NCBI GenBank assembly: GCA_963826785.1
Contig: CAWGYD010000006.1
Span: 928,001 to 992,000 of the forward strand
Source: an uncultured delta proteobacterium
GTDB lineage: Bacteria; Desulfobacterota; Desulfobacteria; Desulfobacterales; Desulfosalsimonadaceae
DNA: 64,000 nt
Reading direction: 5' to 3'
The notes under the pieces are model-generated. The model worked only from the letters and a program-made list of their open reading frames with translations. It was not told where the DNA came from and ran no database searches. Below, in pieces: positions 22,924-32,349 of this stretch (position 1 is its first letter; each line of letters opens with the position of its first letter). Both the position numbers and the translations under genes were made by a program.

Positions 22924-23154
22924 TCAGGTCTTTTCAATGATGTAGGTAATCACGTTTTGGACGGTGCGGAGTTTTTCCGCATCATCATCGGGGACTTCGA
23001 TATCAAATTCCTCTTCCATGGTCATGATCAGCTCCACAATGGCCAGGGAGTCGGCGCCCAGGTCATCGATGAGGGACGCTTCCATCACCACGTCGCTGAT
23101 GTCCACATTGAGCTTTTCCGCGATCACTTTCTTGACTTTGTCTTCGATTTTCAT
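22924..23154 (-). CDS. acpP: Acyl carrier protein
   Basis: DLGADSL phosphopantetheine Ser, [18 protein letters not shown]. Confidence 0.93.
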   Translation of the reverse strand: MKIEDKVKKVIAEKLNVDISDVVMEASLIDDLGADSLAIVELIMTMEEEFDIEVPDDDAEKLRTVQNVITYIIEKT

Positions 23155-23173
23155 TACCCGCATTCCTCCACAA

Positions 23174-23920
23174 TTATATGTACATACCGCCGTTTACGTG
23201 AATGACCTGTCCGGTGATGTAATCGGCTCCGGCTGATGCCAGAAACACGGCCACCCGGGCCACGTCTTCCGGGGTGCCGGCACGTCCCAGGGGGATCAGC
23301 TTCAGCATTTCTTCCATGGATTCCGGCTTGATTTTTTCGGTCATGGCCGTGTGTATGAATCCCGGGGCGATGGCGTTCACCGTGATGTTCCGGGAGGCCA
23401 GCTCCCGGGCAGACGATTTGGTCAGCCCGATGATCCCCGCCTTGGATGCCGAATAATTGGCCTGCCCGGGGTTTCCGGCCACCCCCGCGATGGAGCTGAT
23501 ATTGATGATCCGGCCGTAGCGCCTGCCGATCATGATTTTCGCGGCCGCCTTCAGGCAATTGAATGCCCCCTTGAGGTTCACCGCCATGACCGTATCCCAG
23601 TCGGCCTCTTTCATCCGGAGCAAAAGCGAGTCTTTAGCGATCCCGGCATTGTTCACCAGTACGTCGAGTCGGCCCGACTCCTCCGAAATGGATTTAAACC
23701 ACCGCGATACCGCGTTCGTATCGGCCACATCGCACTGTGCCGGAATCGCCGTGCCGCCCGCCGCCACCACCAGGTCCTGCGTTTGGCGGAAGCTGTCGTC
23801 CCCGGAGCTGAAATTGAAATAGACCCGGGTTCCCGGTTCGGCAAAAGCCGCACAGATCGCCTGGCCGATCCCTTTTGATCCGCCGGTGACCGCAACAACG
23901 CGTTTGATTTCGATTCCCAT
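23174..23920 (-). CDS. fabG: 3-oxoacyl-ACP reductase
   Basis: [25 protein letters not shown]; next to acpP. Confidence 0.92.
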   Translation of the reverse strand: MGIEIKRVVAVTGGSKGIGQAICAAFAEPGTRVYFNFSSGDDSFRQTQDLVVAAGGTAIPAQCDVADTNAVSRWFKSISEESGRLDVLVNNAGIAKDSLLLRMKEADWDTVMAVNLKGAFNCLKAAAKIMIGRRYGRIINISSIAGVAGNPGQANYSASKAGIIGLTKSSARELASRNITVNAIAPGFIHTAMTEKIKPESMEEMLKLIPLGRAGTPEDVARVAVFLASAGADYITGQVIHVNGGMYI

Positions 23921-23927
23921 AAATCAG

Positions 23928-23956
23928 AAAACAAAGCCACCCGCAAAGCGGGTGGT
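23928..23956 (-). terminator. Terminator-like hairpin between rpmF and fabG
   Basis: Minus strand CCACCCGC-TTT-GCGGGTGG followed by CTTTGTTTT. Confidence 0.55.
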
Positions 23957-24030
23957 GATTGAAGGCAAGGGACCGGAGTATGGCGGGCGCCGGTCTGGCC
24001 TGTCGGGTTTCACACAGAAGCCGGGATCGC

Positions 24031-24213
24031 TTATTTTTCTGAACCTTCGATAACGTCGCGTCCCTTGTAGGTCCCGCAGGACGGACAGGCGCGATGGGGA
24101 AGCTTGACTTCGCCGCATTGCGGGCAGCTGATGCTGTTGGGGGCGCTGGTCTTCTGATGGGTGCGCCGTTTATCCCGCTTGGACTTGGATATTTTGTGCT
24201 TTGGGACTGCCAT
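24031..24213 (-). CDS. rpmF: 50S ribosomal protein L32
   Basis: MAVPK...CPQCG...PHRACPSCG. Confidence 0.97.
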   Translation of the reverse strand: MAVPKHKISKSKRDKRRTHQKTSAPNSISCPQCGEVKLPHRACPSCGTYKGRDVIEGSEK

Positions 24214-24450
24214 GATTGTCTCCTAACTATCTAATTATTTGTGCAATATAATACGAATAAGCAGAATTTTGTTGTTAAAACTAGTATGTTAAATCCCCTG
24301 TATTGTCAAGGGAATTTGACGGGCCCGGCAATTTTGATGCTTGTGTTGCCAAATGCATTATGCTAAATTAACAAATTTTTCAAATGCATCTTTGATGATT
24401 CAGGATTTAACCGTCTTTTCCGGATAATTAGATTAAAGGATTCAATATAT

Positions 24451-25878
24451 ATGGATAACGCAATCATCACCCGTTTTCCGCCCAGCCCCACCGGATACCT
24501 CCACCTGGGGGGGGCGCGAACGGCGCTGTTCAACTGGCTCTATGCCCGCCATACCGGGGGGCGGTTTATTTTGCGGATTGAAGATACCGACGTGGAGCGA
24601 TCCACCCAGGCATCCGTAGACGCCATCTTCGACGCGCTCAACTGGCTGGGCATTGACTGGGACGAAGGCCCCTATTTTCAATCCCGGCGGTTTGACCTTT
24701 ATAAAGAAACCATCGGGCGCCTCTTGGAATCCGGCCAGGCCTATTACTGCACCTGTCCGCCCGAGCGGCTGGAAACCATGCGAAAACTGGCCATGGAAAG
24801 CGGGGGAAAGCCCAAGTACGATGGAACCTGCCGGGAGAAGCATCTGGCATACACCCCCGGGGCGGTGGTCCGGTTCAAGTCTCCCCTTTCAGGATCCACG
24901 GTGGTGGAGGACCGGATCCGGGGCAACATCGTTTTTTCCAACACGGAACTCGATGATTTCGTCATCCAGCGCAGCGACGGCACCCCCATCTACAACCTGG
25001 CTGTAGTGGTGGATGATATTACCATGGGGATCACCACCATTATCCGGGGAGATGACCATATCAGCAACACGCCCAAGCAGATCCTGCTCTATCAGGCCCT
25101 GGGAGCGAAAACACCCGAATTCGGCCATGTTCCCATGGTGCTGGGCCACGACCGGACCCGGCTTTCCAAGCGGCACGGTGCCATGTCGGTGACCGCCTAC
25201 CGGGACATGGGGTATCTGCCCGATGCATTGGTCAATTACCTGGTGCGCCTGGGCTGGTCCCACGGGGACCAGGAATTTTTCACCCGGACGGAACTGGTGG
25301 AGAAATTCAACCTGGAGCACATCGGCAAGTCGGCCGGCGTGTTCAACCCGGAAAAGCTTCTGGCCCTGAATGCCGAGCACATCCGGGCCGCCTCCCCCCA
25401 GGCGCTGGCCCCGCAGCTGATCCCGTTTTTAAAGGAAAAAGGATACGCGGCATCGGCGGATGACTACCTCTATGGGGTGATCAAGACCCTTCAGCCCCGC
25501 AGCAAGACCCTCATCGAAATGGCCGAGGGCGCTGATTTCTATTATCAGGAAGAAATCGTCTATGATGAAAAGGCCGCCGCCAAGTTCCTCACCGGCTCGG
25601 TCCTTGCGCCCATGCAGCAGATCATGGAGGCGCTGGAAGCGGGCAGCGCTTTTGACGAGCCCGAGCTGGAGCGGGCTTTTCAGGCGGTCATGGATCGCTC
25701 CGGCCTCAAGTTTGGGAAAATCGCCCAGCCGGTGCGGGTGGCGCTGACCGGAAAAACCGTAAGCCCCGGCATATTCGAGATGATGGAGGCCCTGGGCCGG
25801 GAAGAAAGCCTCTCCAGGCTGAAAAAAGCCATCGCATACATGAGCGCTTCAGCATCTTCTGCCCAAGATTTGACTTGA
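24451..25878 (+). CDS. gltX: Glutamate--tRNA ligase
   Basis: RFPPSPTGYLHLGG, RIEDTD, RGDDH, LSKRHG. Confidence 0.97.
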   Translation: MDNAIITRFPPSPTGYLHLGGARTALFNWLYARHTGGRFILRIEDTDVERSTQASVDAIFDALNWLGIDWDEGPYFQSRRFDLYKETIGRLLESGQAYYCTCPPERLETMRKLAMESGGKPKYDGTCREKHLAYTPGAVVRFKSPLSGSTVVEDRIRGNIVFSNTELDDFVIQRSDGTPIYNLAVVVDDITMGITTIIRGDDHISNTPKQILLYQALGAKTPEFGHVPMVLGHDRTRLSKRHGAMSVTAYRDMGYLPDALVNYLVRLGWSHGDQEFFTRTELVEKFNLEHIGKSAGVFNPEKLLALNAEHIRAASPQALAPQLIPFLKEKGYAASADDYLYGVIKTLQPRSKTLIEMAEGADFYYQEEIVYDEKAAAKFLTGSVLAPMQQIMEALEAGSAFDEPELERAFQAVMDRSGLKFGKIAQPVRVALTGKTVSPGIFEMMEALGREESLSRLKKAIAYMSASASSAQDLT

Positions 25879-25916
25879 CAGGCTGTCTTTTTTTGTTAAT
25901 TTTATGTCCACATTGC

Positions 25917-25990
25917 TGAGGGTTGGTGCAGCGGCAGCACGACGGGTTCTGGCCCCGTTAACCAAGGTTCGAATCCTTGACCCTCAGCCA
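25917..25990 (+). tRNA. tRNA-Gln (anticodon CTG)
   Basis: Acceptor TGAGGGT/ACCCTCA, anticodon arm ACGGG-TTCTGGC-CCCGT, T-loop GTTCGAATC, encoded CCA; TTGACA upstream at 25875. Confidence 0.96.
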
Positions 25991-26001
25991 CAAAGAAATT
26001 C

Positions 26002-26039
26002 AAAGGGATTATGGCAGTGATGCGATAATCCCTTTTTTT
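26002..26039 (+). terminator. Terminator after tRNA-Gln
   Basis: AAAGGGATTAT...ATAATCCCTTT + T-run. Confidence 0.7.
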
Positions 26040-26223
26040 ATTCGATGAGAAGTTGGATCGGTTGTTGATTTCCCCTGTATTTACATAATACGATAGCTTG
26101 AATATGCCTTTACGGGTTTTTGGATTTACGACCCGGTTGCGTTTAAGTGCAAAATGGAAAATGCGGTGCTGCGGCGCCATTATTGTCATATTGTTTAACA
26201 ACACCATCGGAGATGCAGAGGTG

Positions 26224-26793
26224 ATGATGATCAGACGGGGATTGATTGTGGGTATAATCCTGGCCGTGCTTGCGGGAGTTTTCGGGCTGGCGGGAAGCGG
26301 TTATGCGGGATCCGCGGTTCTGTCGGAGGGGTCGGTGCTGCCGGAATTGACGCTGCCGGCGCCGGCCTCTCCGGAAAAAAAGGATTACCTGGGAATCGGA
26401 CAGCAGGAATCCTTTACGCTGGATCAGGTTTCCGGAAATTTATTGATCCTGGAGGTGTTGAGCGCCCTGTGCCCGGAGTGCCACAAGAGCGCCCCGGTGA
26501 TGAACCGGCTCTACAATGTCATCGCCGGCGATCCGGATCTGAGTAAAGATATCCGTATGCTGGGAATCGCTACCGGGAACTCCGAGCGTCAGCTCAATGC
26601 CTATGTGGAGAAATACCAGGTAAAATTTCCGATAATCGCAGACCCAGATGAAACAGTCGATCGGAAGCTGGGCGGTGCCGGCACCCCGACCCTGATGGTG
26701 GTCGACAACAGCTCAAAGATCAGATACATCCACCAGGGCCGGGTTGAAGATCTGGATTCTCTGCTGGAGATCATCCGGGCCATTCACGAATAG
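26224..26793 (+). CDS. Exported TlpA/AhpC-TSA-like redoxin
   Basis: Signal peptide, CPEC motif, FPIIADPD, GTPT (cis-Pro of the thioredoxin fold). Confidence 0.8.
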   Translation: MMIRRGLIVGIILAVLAGVFGLAGSGYAGSAVLSEGSVLPELTLPAPASPEKKDYLGIGQQESFTLDQVSGNLLILEVLSALCPECHKSAPVMNRLYNVIAGDPDLSKDIRMLGIATGNSERQLNAYVEKYQVKFPIIADPDETVDRKLGGAGTPTLMVVDNSSKIRYIHQGRVEDLDSLLEIIRAIHE

Positions 26794-26806
26794 TCGCCAC
26801 ATTTTT

Positions 26807-27751
26807 ATGTATCGCCCAACCCTTTTTCCCAGGCGGAAGGATGCGGATTCAATGGGGGCCCGGTATACCCGAATCGATCATCCGATTTTAAAAAAGCTTC
26901 CCGGATCCGTCCAGGAAGAGATCGCCAAAATGGCGAAGGATTTCAATGTCGGGTCGGGGGAGATGGTTTTTCGCCGGGGTGATCCCGGCGATGGATTTTT
27001 CATGATCCGCTCAGGCGGCGTAAGGATTTTTGAAACCGCCGATGACGGCACGGAAACACAACTGGCGGAACTGGGTCCCGGCGAAAGTTTCGGGGAAATG
27101 GCCCTCCTGGCCGGCGCCTCCCGGGCGGCAAATGCGCAGGCATTGAAGGATACCTGCCTGACGTTTTTTCCAAGAGCCCAATTTGATCGCATTTTAGGTG
27201 AAGATCCGACGCTTTTTCTCTCCCTGATTATCCGGATGGCCAACTGGCTGATGGAAAATGACCCCATGCTGGATCAGCAGCGGCCCCGGCAGTATACACC
27301 GCCTAAACTGTCCTTTTTTGATTTTTTTCTGATCATGTCCATTTCCATTCTGTTTGCCGTGCTGTTCAATCATTTAAATCCGGCCGGGATGGCGCTGTTT
27401 CCCCGCATCGAACTCAACCGGCAGATCGGCCGGATAACGCCGGCCCAGGCATTTGAGCACCAGCGGTCAGGCGACGCGGTATTCATCGATGCGCGGCCCA
27501 CCAGCTATTTTGAGGATCGTCACATCGCGGGGGCACAAAACATCCCCCCGTCCCTGTTCGAGATCATGTACATGATGGCGCTCAGCGATGTGGACAAGCA
27601 TAAAAAGCTCATTGTCTATGGAAGAACCGTCAGCCGGAGATACGATGTGCGGGTGGCCAACAAACTCTTTCTGCGCGGCCACAAGGATGTAAACGTCCTT
27701 GTGGGGGATCTGTCCGCGTGGGAAAAAAACAGTTATCCGGTGGTGCCATGA
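26807..27751 (+). CDS. cNMP-binding domain + single TM + rhodanese-like domain fusion
   Basis: [17 protein letters not shown] and FGEMALL...RAANAQA (cNMP); hydrophobic [39 protein letters not shown] (rhodanese). Start at 26807 or 26852. Confidence 0.85.
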   Translation: MYRPTLFPRRKDADSMGARYTRIDHPILKKLPGSVQEEIAKMAKDFNVGSGEMVFRRGDPGDGFFMIRSGGVRIFETADDGTETQLAELGPGESFGEMALLAGASRAANAQALKDTCLTFFPRAQFDRILGEDPTLFLSLIIRMANWLMENDPMLDQQRPRQYTPPKLSFFDFFLIMSISILFAVLFNHLNPAGMALFPRIELNRQIGRITPAQAFEHQRSGDAVFIDARPTSYFEDRHIAGAQNIPPSLFEIMYMMALSDVDKHKKLIVYGRTVSRRYDVRVANKLFLRGHKDVNVLVGDLSAWEKNSYPVVP

Positions 27752-28257
27752 ACCATTTTTCCCACTTCATCAAACAGGTGGTCACCAGCAAATACCTGTC
27801 GTTTTTGCTGCGCCTTTACATCGGGTTGATCTTTATTTATGCCAGCATGAGCAAGATTCCCTATCCGGCCCGGTTTGCGGAATCCGTGGCCGCCTACCAG
27901 ATCGTCCCCTACTGGGGGGTCAACCTGGTGGCGGTGGTGCTCCCCTGGATCGAACTGATCTGCGGCCTGTTTTTGATCATCGGGCTGCGGACCCGGGCGG
28001 CCGCCCTCATTATCGGTGCAATGCTGGCGATGTTTATCGTCTTCATCCTGCTGTCCATCTATCGCCAGCTTCCCATCACCTGCGGGTGTTTCGATATGGT
28101 GGGGGAAACCATCGGCTGGCGGCGGGTTTTTGAAGATATCCTCTGGCTGTTGATGACCATCCAGGTGTTTTTCTATGATCGGATTTACCTGCTCAGCCGC
28201 CGGCACCTGAGATTGGCCGGGAGAATAGGGTCCAAACCGAAAAGCGGGAAGGCATGA
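27748..28257 (+). CDS. MauE/DoxX family membrane protein
   Basis: [34 protein letters not shown] overlap with the upstream gene. Confidence 0.85.
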   Translation: MNHFSHFIKQVVTSKYLSFLLRLYIGLIFIYASMSKIPYPARFAESVAAYQIVPYWGVNLVAVVLPWIELICGLFLIIGLRTRAAALIIGAMLAMFIVFILLSIYRQLPITCGCFDMVGETIGWRRVFEDILWLLMTIQVFFYDRIYLLSRRHLRLAGRIGSKPKSGKA

Positions 28258-28258
28258 T

Positions 28259-28579
28259 ATGAATTTTTTGAAAATCAGTTTTTTCTTTCTATCGGCTTTT
28301 CTGTCCATTTTCCTGCTCACCGCCTGCCATTCCGCCGACGAGTACACCGGAACATATCATTCCGCGGGCCCCAGGGATGCCTGCATGGAGTTAAGGGAAG
28401 TCGGGGAGGGGGTGCTGGTGCGAAATGGGGAGGAGATTACGTTTCTGTGGAAAACCGAAGGTCGGAACCTCCGTCTCTATACCCGGGAAGGCGGGGTGGT
28501 GACCGGGAAATTCAATGGCTCCCGGCTGACCCTGACGCTGCCCGGAGAGGAGAGCATCATTTTCAAACGAAACGAATAA
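28259..28579 (+). CDS. Hypothetical lipoprotein
   Basis: Lipobox LTAC, then YTGTY and a predicted beta-rich domain. Confidence 0.7.
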   Translation: MNFLKISFFFLSAFLSIFLLTACHSADEYTGTYHSAGPRDACMELREVGEGVLVRNGEEITFLWKTEGRNLRLYTREGGVVTGKFNGSRLTLTLPGEESIIFKRNE

Positions 28580-28637
28580 ATTCGGTTACGTCTTTAAAAA
28601 AAAGCAAACCTTCCAGCCGTTTAAACAAGGAGGAGAC

Positions 28638-28979
28638 ATGGGGCCAATCGTAAAAATCATGTCAGTTGCGCTGATCTTCGGGGTGCTGACAGGGTGCACC
28701 AAAAAACTGGTCAAAATCGATTCCGTTCCTTCATTTGCCGATATCCGCGTCAATGATGAATATGTCGGCAAAACGCCCCTGTATCATCAGTTCACGGACC
28801 GGTGGTATCCCTGGCCTATCAAAAAAACGGAAGATTATCTGGTGGAGGCGCAGCGGGCCGGATATGAACCACAGACGCAGTACTTTCCGGAATCCCCGGT
28901 GGGCCTGGATATCAGCTATGTGCCCGATGAGATCCTTTTCGTGTTAAAGCCCCAGGACCGGTCGGAAGGGATAAAATAG
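28638..28979 (+). CDS. PEGA-domain lipoprotein
   Basis: SD AAGGAGG, lipobox LTGC, IDSVPSFADIRVNDEYVGKTP...GYEP. Confidence 0.75.
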   Translation: MGPIVKIMSVALIFGVLTGCTKKLVKIDSVPSFADIRVNDEYVGKTPLYHQFTDRWYPWPIKKTEDYLVEAQRAGYEPQTQYFPESPVGLDISYVPDEILFVLKPQDRSEGIK

Positions 28980-29667
28980 ACGGTTTTATGCCAATATACA
29001 GGGTGGCAATCCCCAAAGACAGGGGCTTGTAGCGGATCCGGCCAAATCCGGCCTTGCGCATCAGGCCGGCGAACTCCGGGGGCTTCGGAAAATGAATGAC
29101 CGATGCGGGCAAGTATTGGTAAGCCTTGGAATGGCTGGATAAAAGAGCGCCGATCTTCGGCAGCACCCGGGTGAAATAAAACAGGTAAAGCGACATGAGG
29201 ATCTGGGATTGCGGGGTGGCCAGTTCCAGTACCGCCAGGGTACCGCCGGGCTTGAGCATCCGGTAAAATTCGGATAATGCGCCGGGCCGGTCCATGATAT
29301 TGCGAATGCCAAAAGCAATCGTAAGGGCATCAAAGGAGCAGGGGGCAAAGGGGAGGCGCAGTGCGTTTCCCGCCACCAGGGCGCTTTTTGAGCAGGTGCG
29401 CAGCTTGGCCCGGGCGATTTTAAGCATTTCCGGGGAAAAATCGATCCCGATCACCATCCCACCAGTCCCCATCTGCTGCAGCAGTTCCACCATGACATCC
29501 CCCGTCCCGCAGGCGGCATCCAGAATCCGGCTTTCGGGTCCCAGTGACAGCGCGCGGATCATTTCGCGACGCCATCGAACATCCTGACGAAGGCTCAGCA
29601 GGCGGTTTAAGAAGTCGTATCGATGCGCAATCGCATCAAACATATCTTTTACGAAGGGCAGTTCCAT
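28912..29667 (-). CDS. menG: Demethylmenaquinone/ubiquinone methyltransferase
   Basis: MFDAIAHRYDFLNRLLS, LDAACGTGD, AFGIRN, LKPGG, AYQYL; C-terminus overlaps the convergent gene by 68 bp. Confidence 0.92.
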   Translation of the reverse strand: MELPFVKDMFDAIAHRYDFLNRLLSLRQDVRWRREMIRALSLGPESRILDAACGTGDVMVELLQQMGTGGMVIGIDFSPEMLKIARAKLRTCSKSALVAGNALRLPFAPCSFDALTIAFGIRNIMDRPGALSEFYRMLKPGGTLAVLELATPQSQILMSLYLFYFTRVLPKIGALLSSHSKAYQYLPASVIHFPKPPEFAGLMRKAGFGRIRYKPLSLGIATLYIGIKPSILSLPTGPGALTRKGSHRAHS

Positions 29668-29875
29668 ATTGACAATCTGTTTTTATGCATTAATGTAACG
29701 GCATCCAAATTCTAAAAGTGTCTTTTCTTATCATACTGCCATCTGCTGTCAAACGCTTTACGTCATCTTGAAATGCGTGAGGTAATGCAAATTATAGGAA
29801 AGACCGGTTCAGTCGCTCTGGGCATCTCGCCCATGCACCGGATCGGGCAAAACAGATTTGAACTCAAGGTGATCA

Positions 29876-30988
29876 ATGAGCCCCAAGAGAGATTATTATG
29901 AAGTCCTTGGCGTCCGCCGGGATGCAGAAGCTGGTGAAATCAAGTCCACATACCGTAAAGTCGCGCTGAAATATCATCCGGACCGCAATCCCGGAGACAA
30001 GGAAGCGGAGGATAAATTCAAGGAAGCCGCCGAAGCCTACAGCGTGCTGTCCGATCCGGAAAAACGCCAGATCTATGATCAGTTCGGCCATCAGGGGCTC
30101 GAAGGGATGGCCGGCGGCCATGCCGGTTTCGAAGACATCTTTTCGAGTTTCGGGGATATCTTCGAGGAGTTTTTCGGATTCCGCACGGGACGGCGGACCC
30201 GTGGAGGCGTACAGCGGGGAAACGATCTGCGTTATGATCTGACCATCGACTTCATGGAAGCGGCCTTCGGGCTGGACACTGAAATCGATATCGAACGGCT
30301 GGAGACCTGCCCCACCTGTGAAGGGACCGGCGCCAAGCCGGGAACAGCGCCGGAAGTCTGCGCCCAATGCCGGGGCACCGGCCAGTTTGTCCGCACCCAG
30401 GGATTCTTTTCGGTCAAGACCACCTGTCCCAACTGCCGGGGAGAAGGAATGGTAATACGGGAATACTGCCCTGAATGCCGCGGCAGAAAGCAGGTGGTCG
30501 TCAGCAAGAAAGTCTCCCTGAAGGTTCCGGCCGGTGTGGATACCGGTTCAAAGCTCCGGCTGACCGGAGAAGGCGAACCCGGCGTCAAGGGCGGGCCTCC
30601 GGGTGATCTGTACGTGTTCATCCAGGTGCGCCCCCACGAATTCTTCCAGCGCAGGAATACCGATGTGATCTGCACGGTGGAGATCTCTTTTGTGCAGGCG
30701 GCGCTGGGAGATGAGATTTCGGTTCCCACCCTCACGGGCGAGGAAAATCTCAAGATTCCCAAGGGCGCTCAGTACGGAGATACCTTCCGGCTGTCCGGTG
30801 AAGGAATCCCGTCCCTGCGTTCCAATACCCGGGGAGACCAGATCGTGCAGGTGGCTTTGAAAACCCCCAAACACATGAACAAGCGGCAGGAAGATCTCCT
30901 CAGGGAATTTTCCAAGATCGAATCTGAAAAATTCACCAAAAAAATCAAGAAGCTGTTTAAAGGCGGTTCACGCAAGGCCGCCAAATAA
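29876..30988 (+). CDS. dnaJ: Chaperone DnaJ
   Basis: J-domain HPD, G/F region, four CxxCxG repeats, GDLYV. Confidence 0.97.
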   Translation: MSPKRDYYEVLGVRRDAEAGEIKSTYRKVALKYHPDRNPGDKEAEDKFKEAAEAYSVLSDPEKRQIYDQFGHQGLEGMAGGHAGFEDIFSSFGDIFEEFFGFRTGRRTRGGVQRGNDLRYDLTIDFMEAAFGLDTEIDIERLETCPTCEGTGAKPGTAPEVCAQCRGTGQFVRTQGFFSVKTTCPNCRGEGMVIREYCPECRGRKQVVVSKKVSLKVPAGVDTGSKLRLTGEGEPGVKGGPPGDLYVFIQVRPHEFFQRRNTDVICTVEISFVQAALGDEISVPTLTGEENLKIPKGAQYGDTFRLSGEGIPSLRSNTRGDQIVQVALKTPKHMNKRQEDLLREFSKIESEKFTKKIKKLFKGGSRKAAK

Positions 30989-31059
30989 GCTCTATCGATA
31001 GAACTTTGAGCCTTGGATGCTCCTGTCTTGAATCCTGAAAATGAAATATTGAAAATATC

Positions 31060-31443
31060 ATGTATGAATTGAAAGTGATATCGCGGTTTGCGGCAGCCCA
31101 TCAGCTTAAGCTGGTGGCCGAAAAGTGTGAAAACCTTCACGGCCATAACTGGCGGGTGGAAGTCTATATTTCCGGAAAAGAGCTGAACCCGGCCGGCGTC
31201 CTGATGGATTTCGGGGAGATCAAGCAGCATCTGTCGGCGATTATCGATACGCTCGACCACAAGTTCTTAAATGACCTGGATCTGTTTCAACAGGGCAACC
31301 CCTCATCCGAAAACATCGCCCGCCACATCGCCGTCAACCTCGACAAAATGCTTCCCGATCCCGGCCCCCGGGTTTCAAGGGTCGCCGTATGGGAATCCGA
31401 CGACTGTTGTGCCACCTATTACGTGAAATCTGACGGCCATTAG
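31060..31443 (+). CDS. queD: 6-carboxy-5,6,7,8-tetrahydropterin synthase
   Basis: FAAAH, CENLHGH, MDFG, LDH..LND, PSSEN, WES. Confidence 0.93.
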   Translation: MYELKVISRFAAAHQLKLVAEKCENLHGHNWRVEVYISGKELNPAGVLMDFGEIKQHLSAIIDTLDHKFLNDLDLFQQGNPSSENIARHIAVNLDKMLPDPGPRVSRVAVWESDDCCATYYVKSDGH

Positions 31444-31451
31444 CCTTACAT

Positions 31452-32015
31452 TCAAGACCCGCTTTTTCGATACACCCGCATCAATTCATCCCGGCCGATG
31501 ATGCCCCGCACGTCGTCGACATGTTTCCGGATTTCATCCATGCCCCCTTCCTGTCGGTCCACCAGGACCACCACCCGCTTTATCTCCAGTCCTTCCGCCC
31601 GGGCGCGTTCAATCGCCTTGATGGTGGACCCGCCGGTGGTCACCACGTCTTCTATGATGGCGACAGGTGCGTGTGCGGGCAGGTCTCCTTCGATCCATTT
31701 GACGATGCCGTGATCTTTCTGCGTCTTGCGGATGGAAAAGGCGGACATGGGCTTTTGTTTCAGCTCGGAAACAAAAGCTGCCGCCATGGCGATGGGATCT
31801 GCGCCGAAAGTGAGGCCGCCGATGCCGCGAAGATCCAGATCGCAGACCGCATCAAAGACCAGGTGCCCCACCAGGTACATCCCCCTCGGACTCAGGGTGA
31901 CCGGTTTGCAGTTCACGTAGTACTGGCTCATGCGGCCCGAGGCCAGCTTGAATGTCGGGTTTTCGGTGTACTGGAAAGATTTTTCGCAAAGCAGTCGGAT
32001 CAATTCGTTTTTCAT
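31452..32015 (-). CDS. pyrE: Orotate phosphoribosyltransferase
   Basis: [29 protein letters not shown]. Confidence 0.95.
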   Translation of the reverse strand: MKNELIRLLCEKSFQYTENPTFKLASGRMSQYYVNCKPVTLSPRGMYLVGHLVFDAVCDLDLRGIGGLTFGADPIAMAAAFVSELKQKPMSAFSIRKTQKDHGIVKWIEGDLPAHAPVAIIEDVVTTGGSTIKAIERARAEGLEIKRVVVLVDRQEGGMDEIRKHVDDVRGIIGRDELMRVYRKSGS

Positions 32016-32120
32016 GCAGGGGGGTGCCTTTCGAAAACATTACGGGATCATCACCGCAGATGATCTCGCGCAAAATAATTGAAAACAGTTGATTAAGCGG
32101 TCAGAATTCTGATAAATAAT

Positions 32121-32304
32121 TGCCTGCACGGAAAGTGCAGACTCGGGTTCAGGGCATTTCCACCCGTGCCGGACGGGGCCAAAAGATGCATTTTGACGTC
32201 CGGCATTGAATAATAACCCCCACCGGCTGGAAGAAGCCTTGGTTTAAGGGAACCGGCGGGGGGAGCAAGAAAAACTGGAAACAGCACTCCTTGAACTCGG
32301 GGCA
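32121..32304 (+). ncRNA. Putative structured RNA of unknown family (sRNA or ftsE leader)
   Basis: 13-bp closing helix with three G-U pairs enclosing two long hairpins and a GAAA-loop hairpin (see findings). Confidence 0.5.
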
Positions 32305-32349
32305 GATCCTAACAGCAAAACCGTCACCGGTCAACTTGAAAGTCCCCCT

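Noticed and set aside
25991..28979. Active integrative element at tRNA-Gln
   Set aside because: No integrase and no duplicated tRNA 3' end (att repeat) were found; at most an old insertion.
29768..29800. sigma32 promoter or CIRCE element for dnaJ
   Set aside because: CTTGAAA is present but there is no CCCCAT -10 element and no CIRCE inverted repeat.
30995..31058. Possible heptamer array before queD (also a GGCTGAAGG/CCTTCAGCC hairpin at 49560-49602)
   Set aside because: The periodicity is too weak or too short to support.
32121..32304. RNase P or 6S RNA identity for the structured element (fragments GAAAGTGC, AACCCC, GGAGCAAG, AGAAGCCTT, CCTTGAAC)
   Set aside because: It lacks the RNase P P4 signatures (GAGGAAAGTCC, AGAACCCGGCTTA) and is too short; the multi-branch fold and motif order do not fit 6S.
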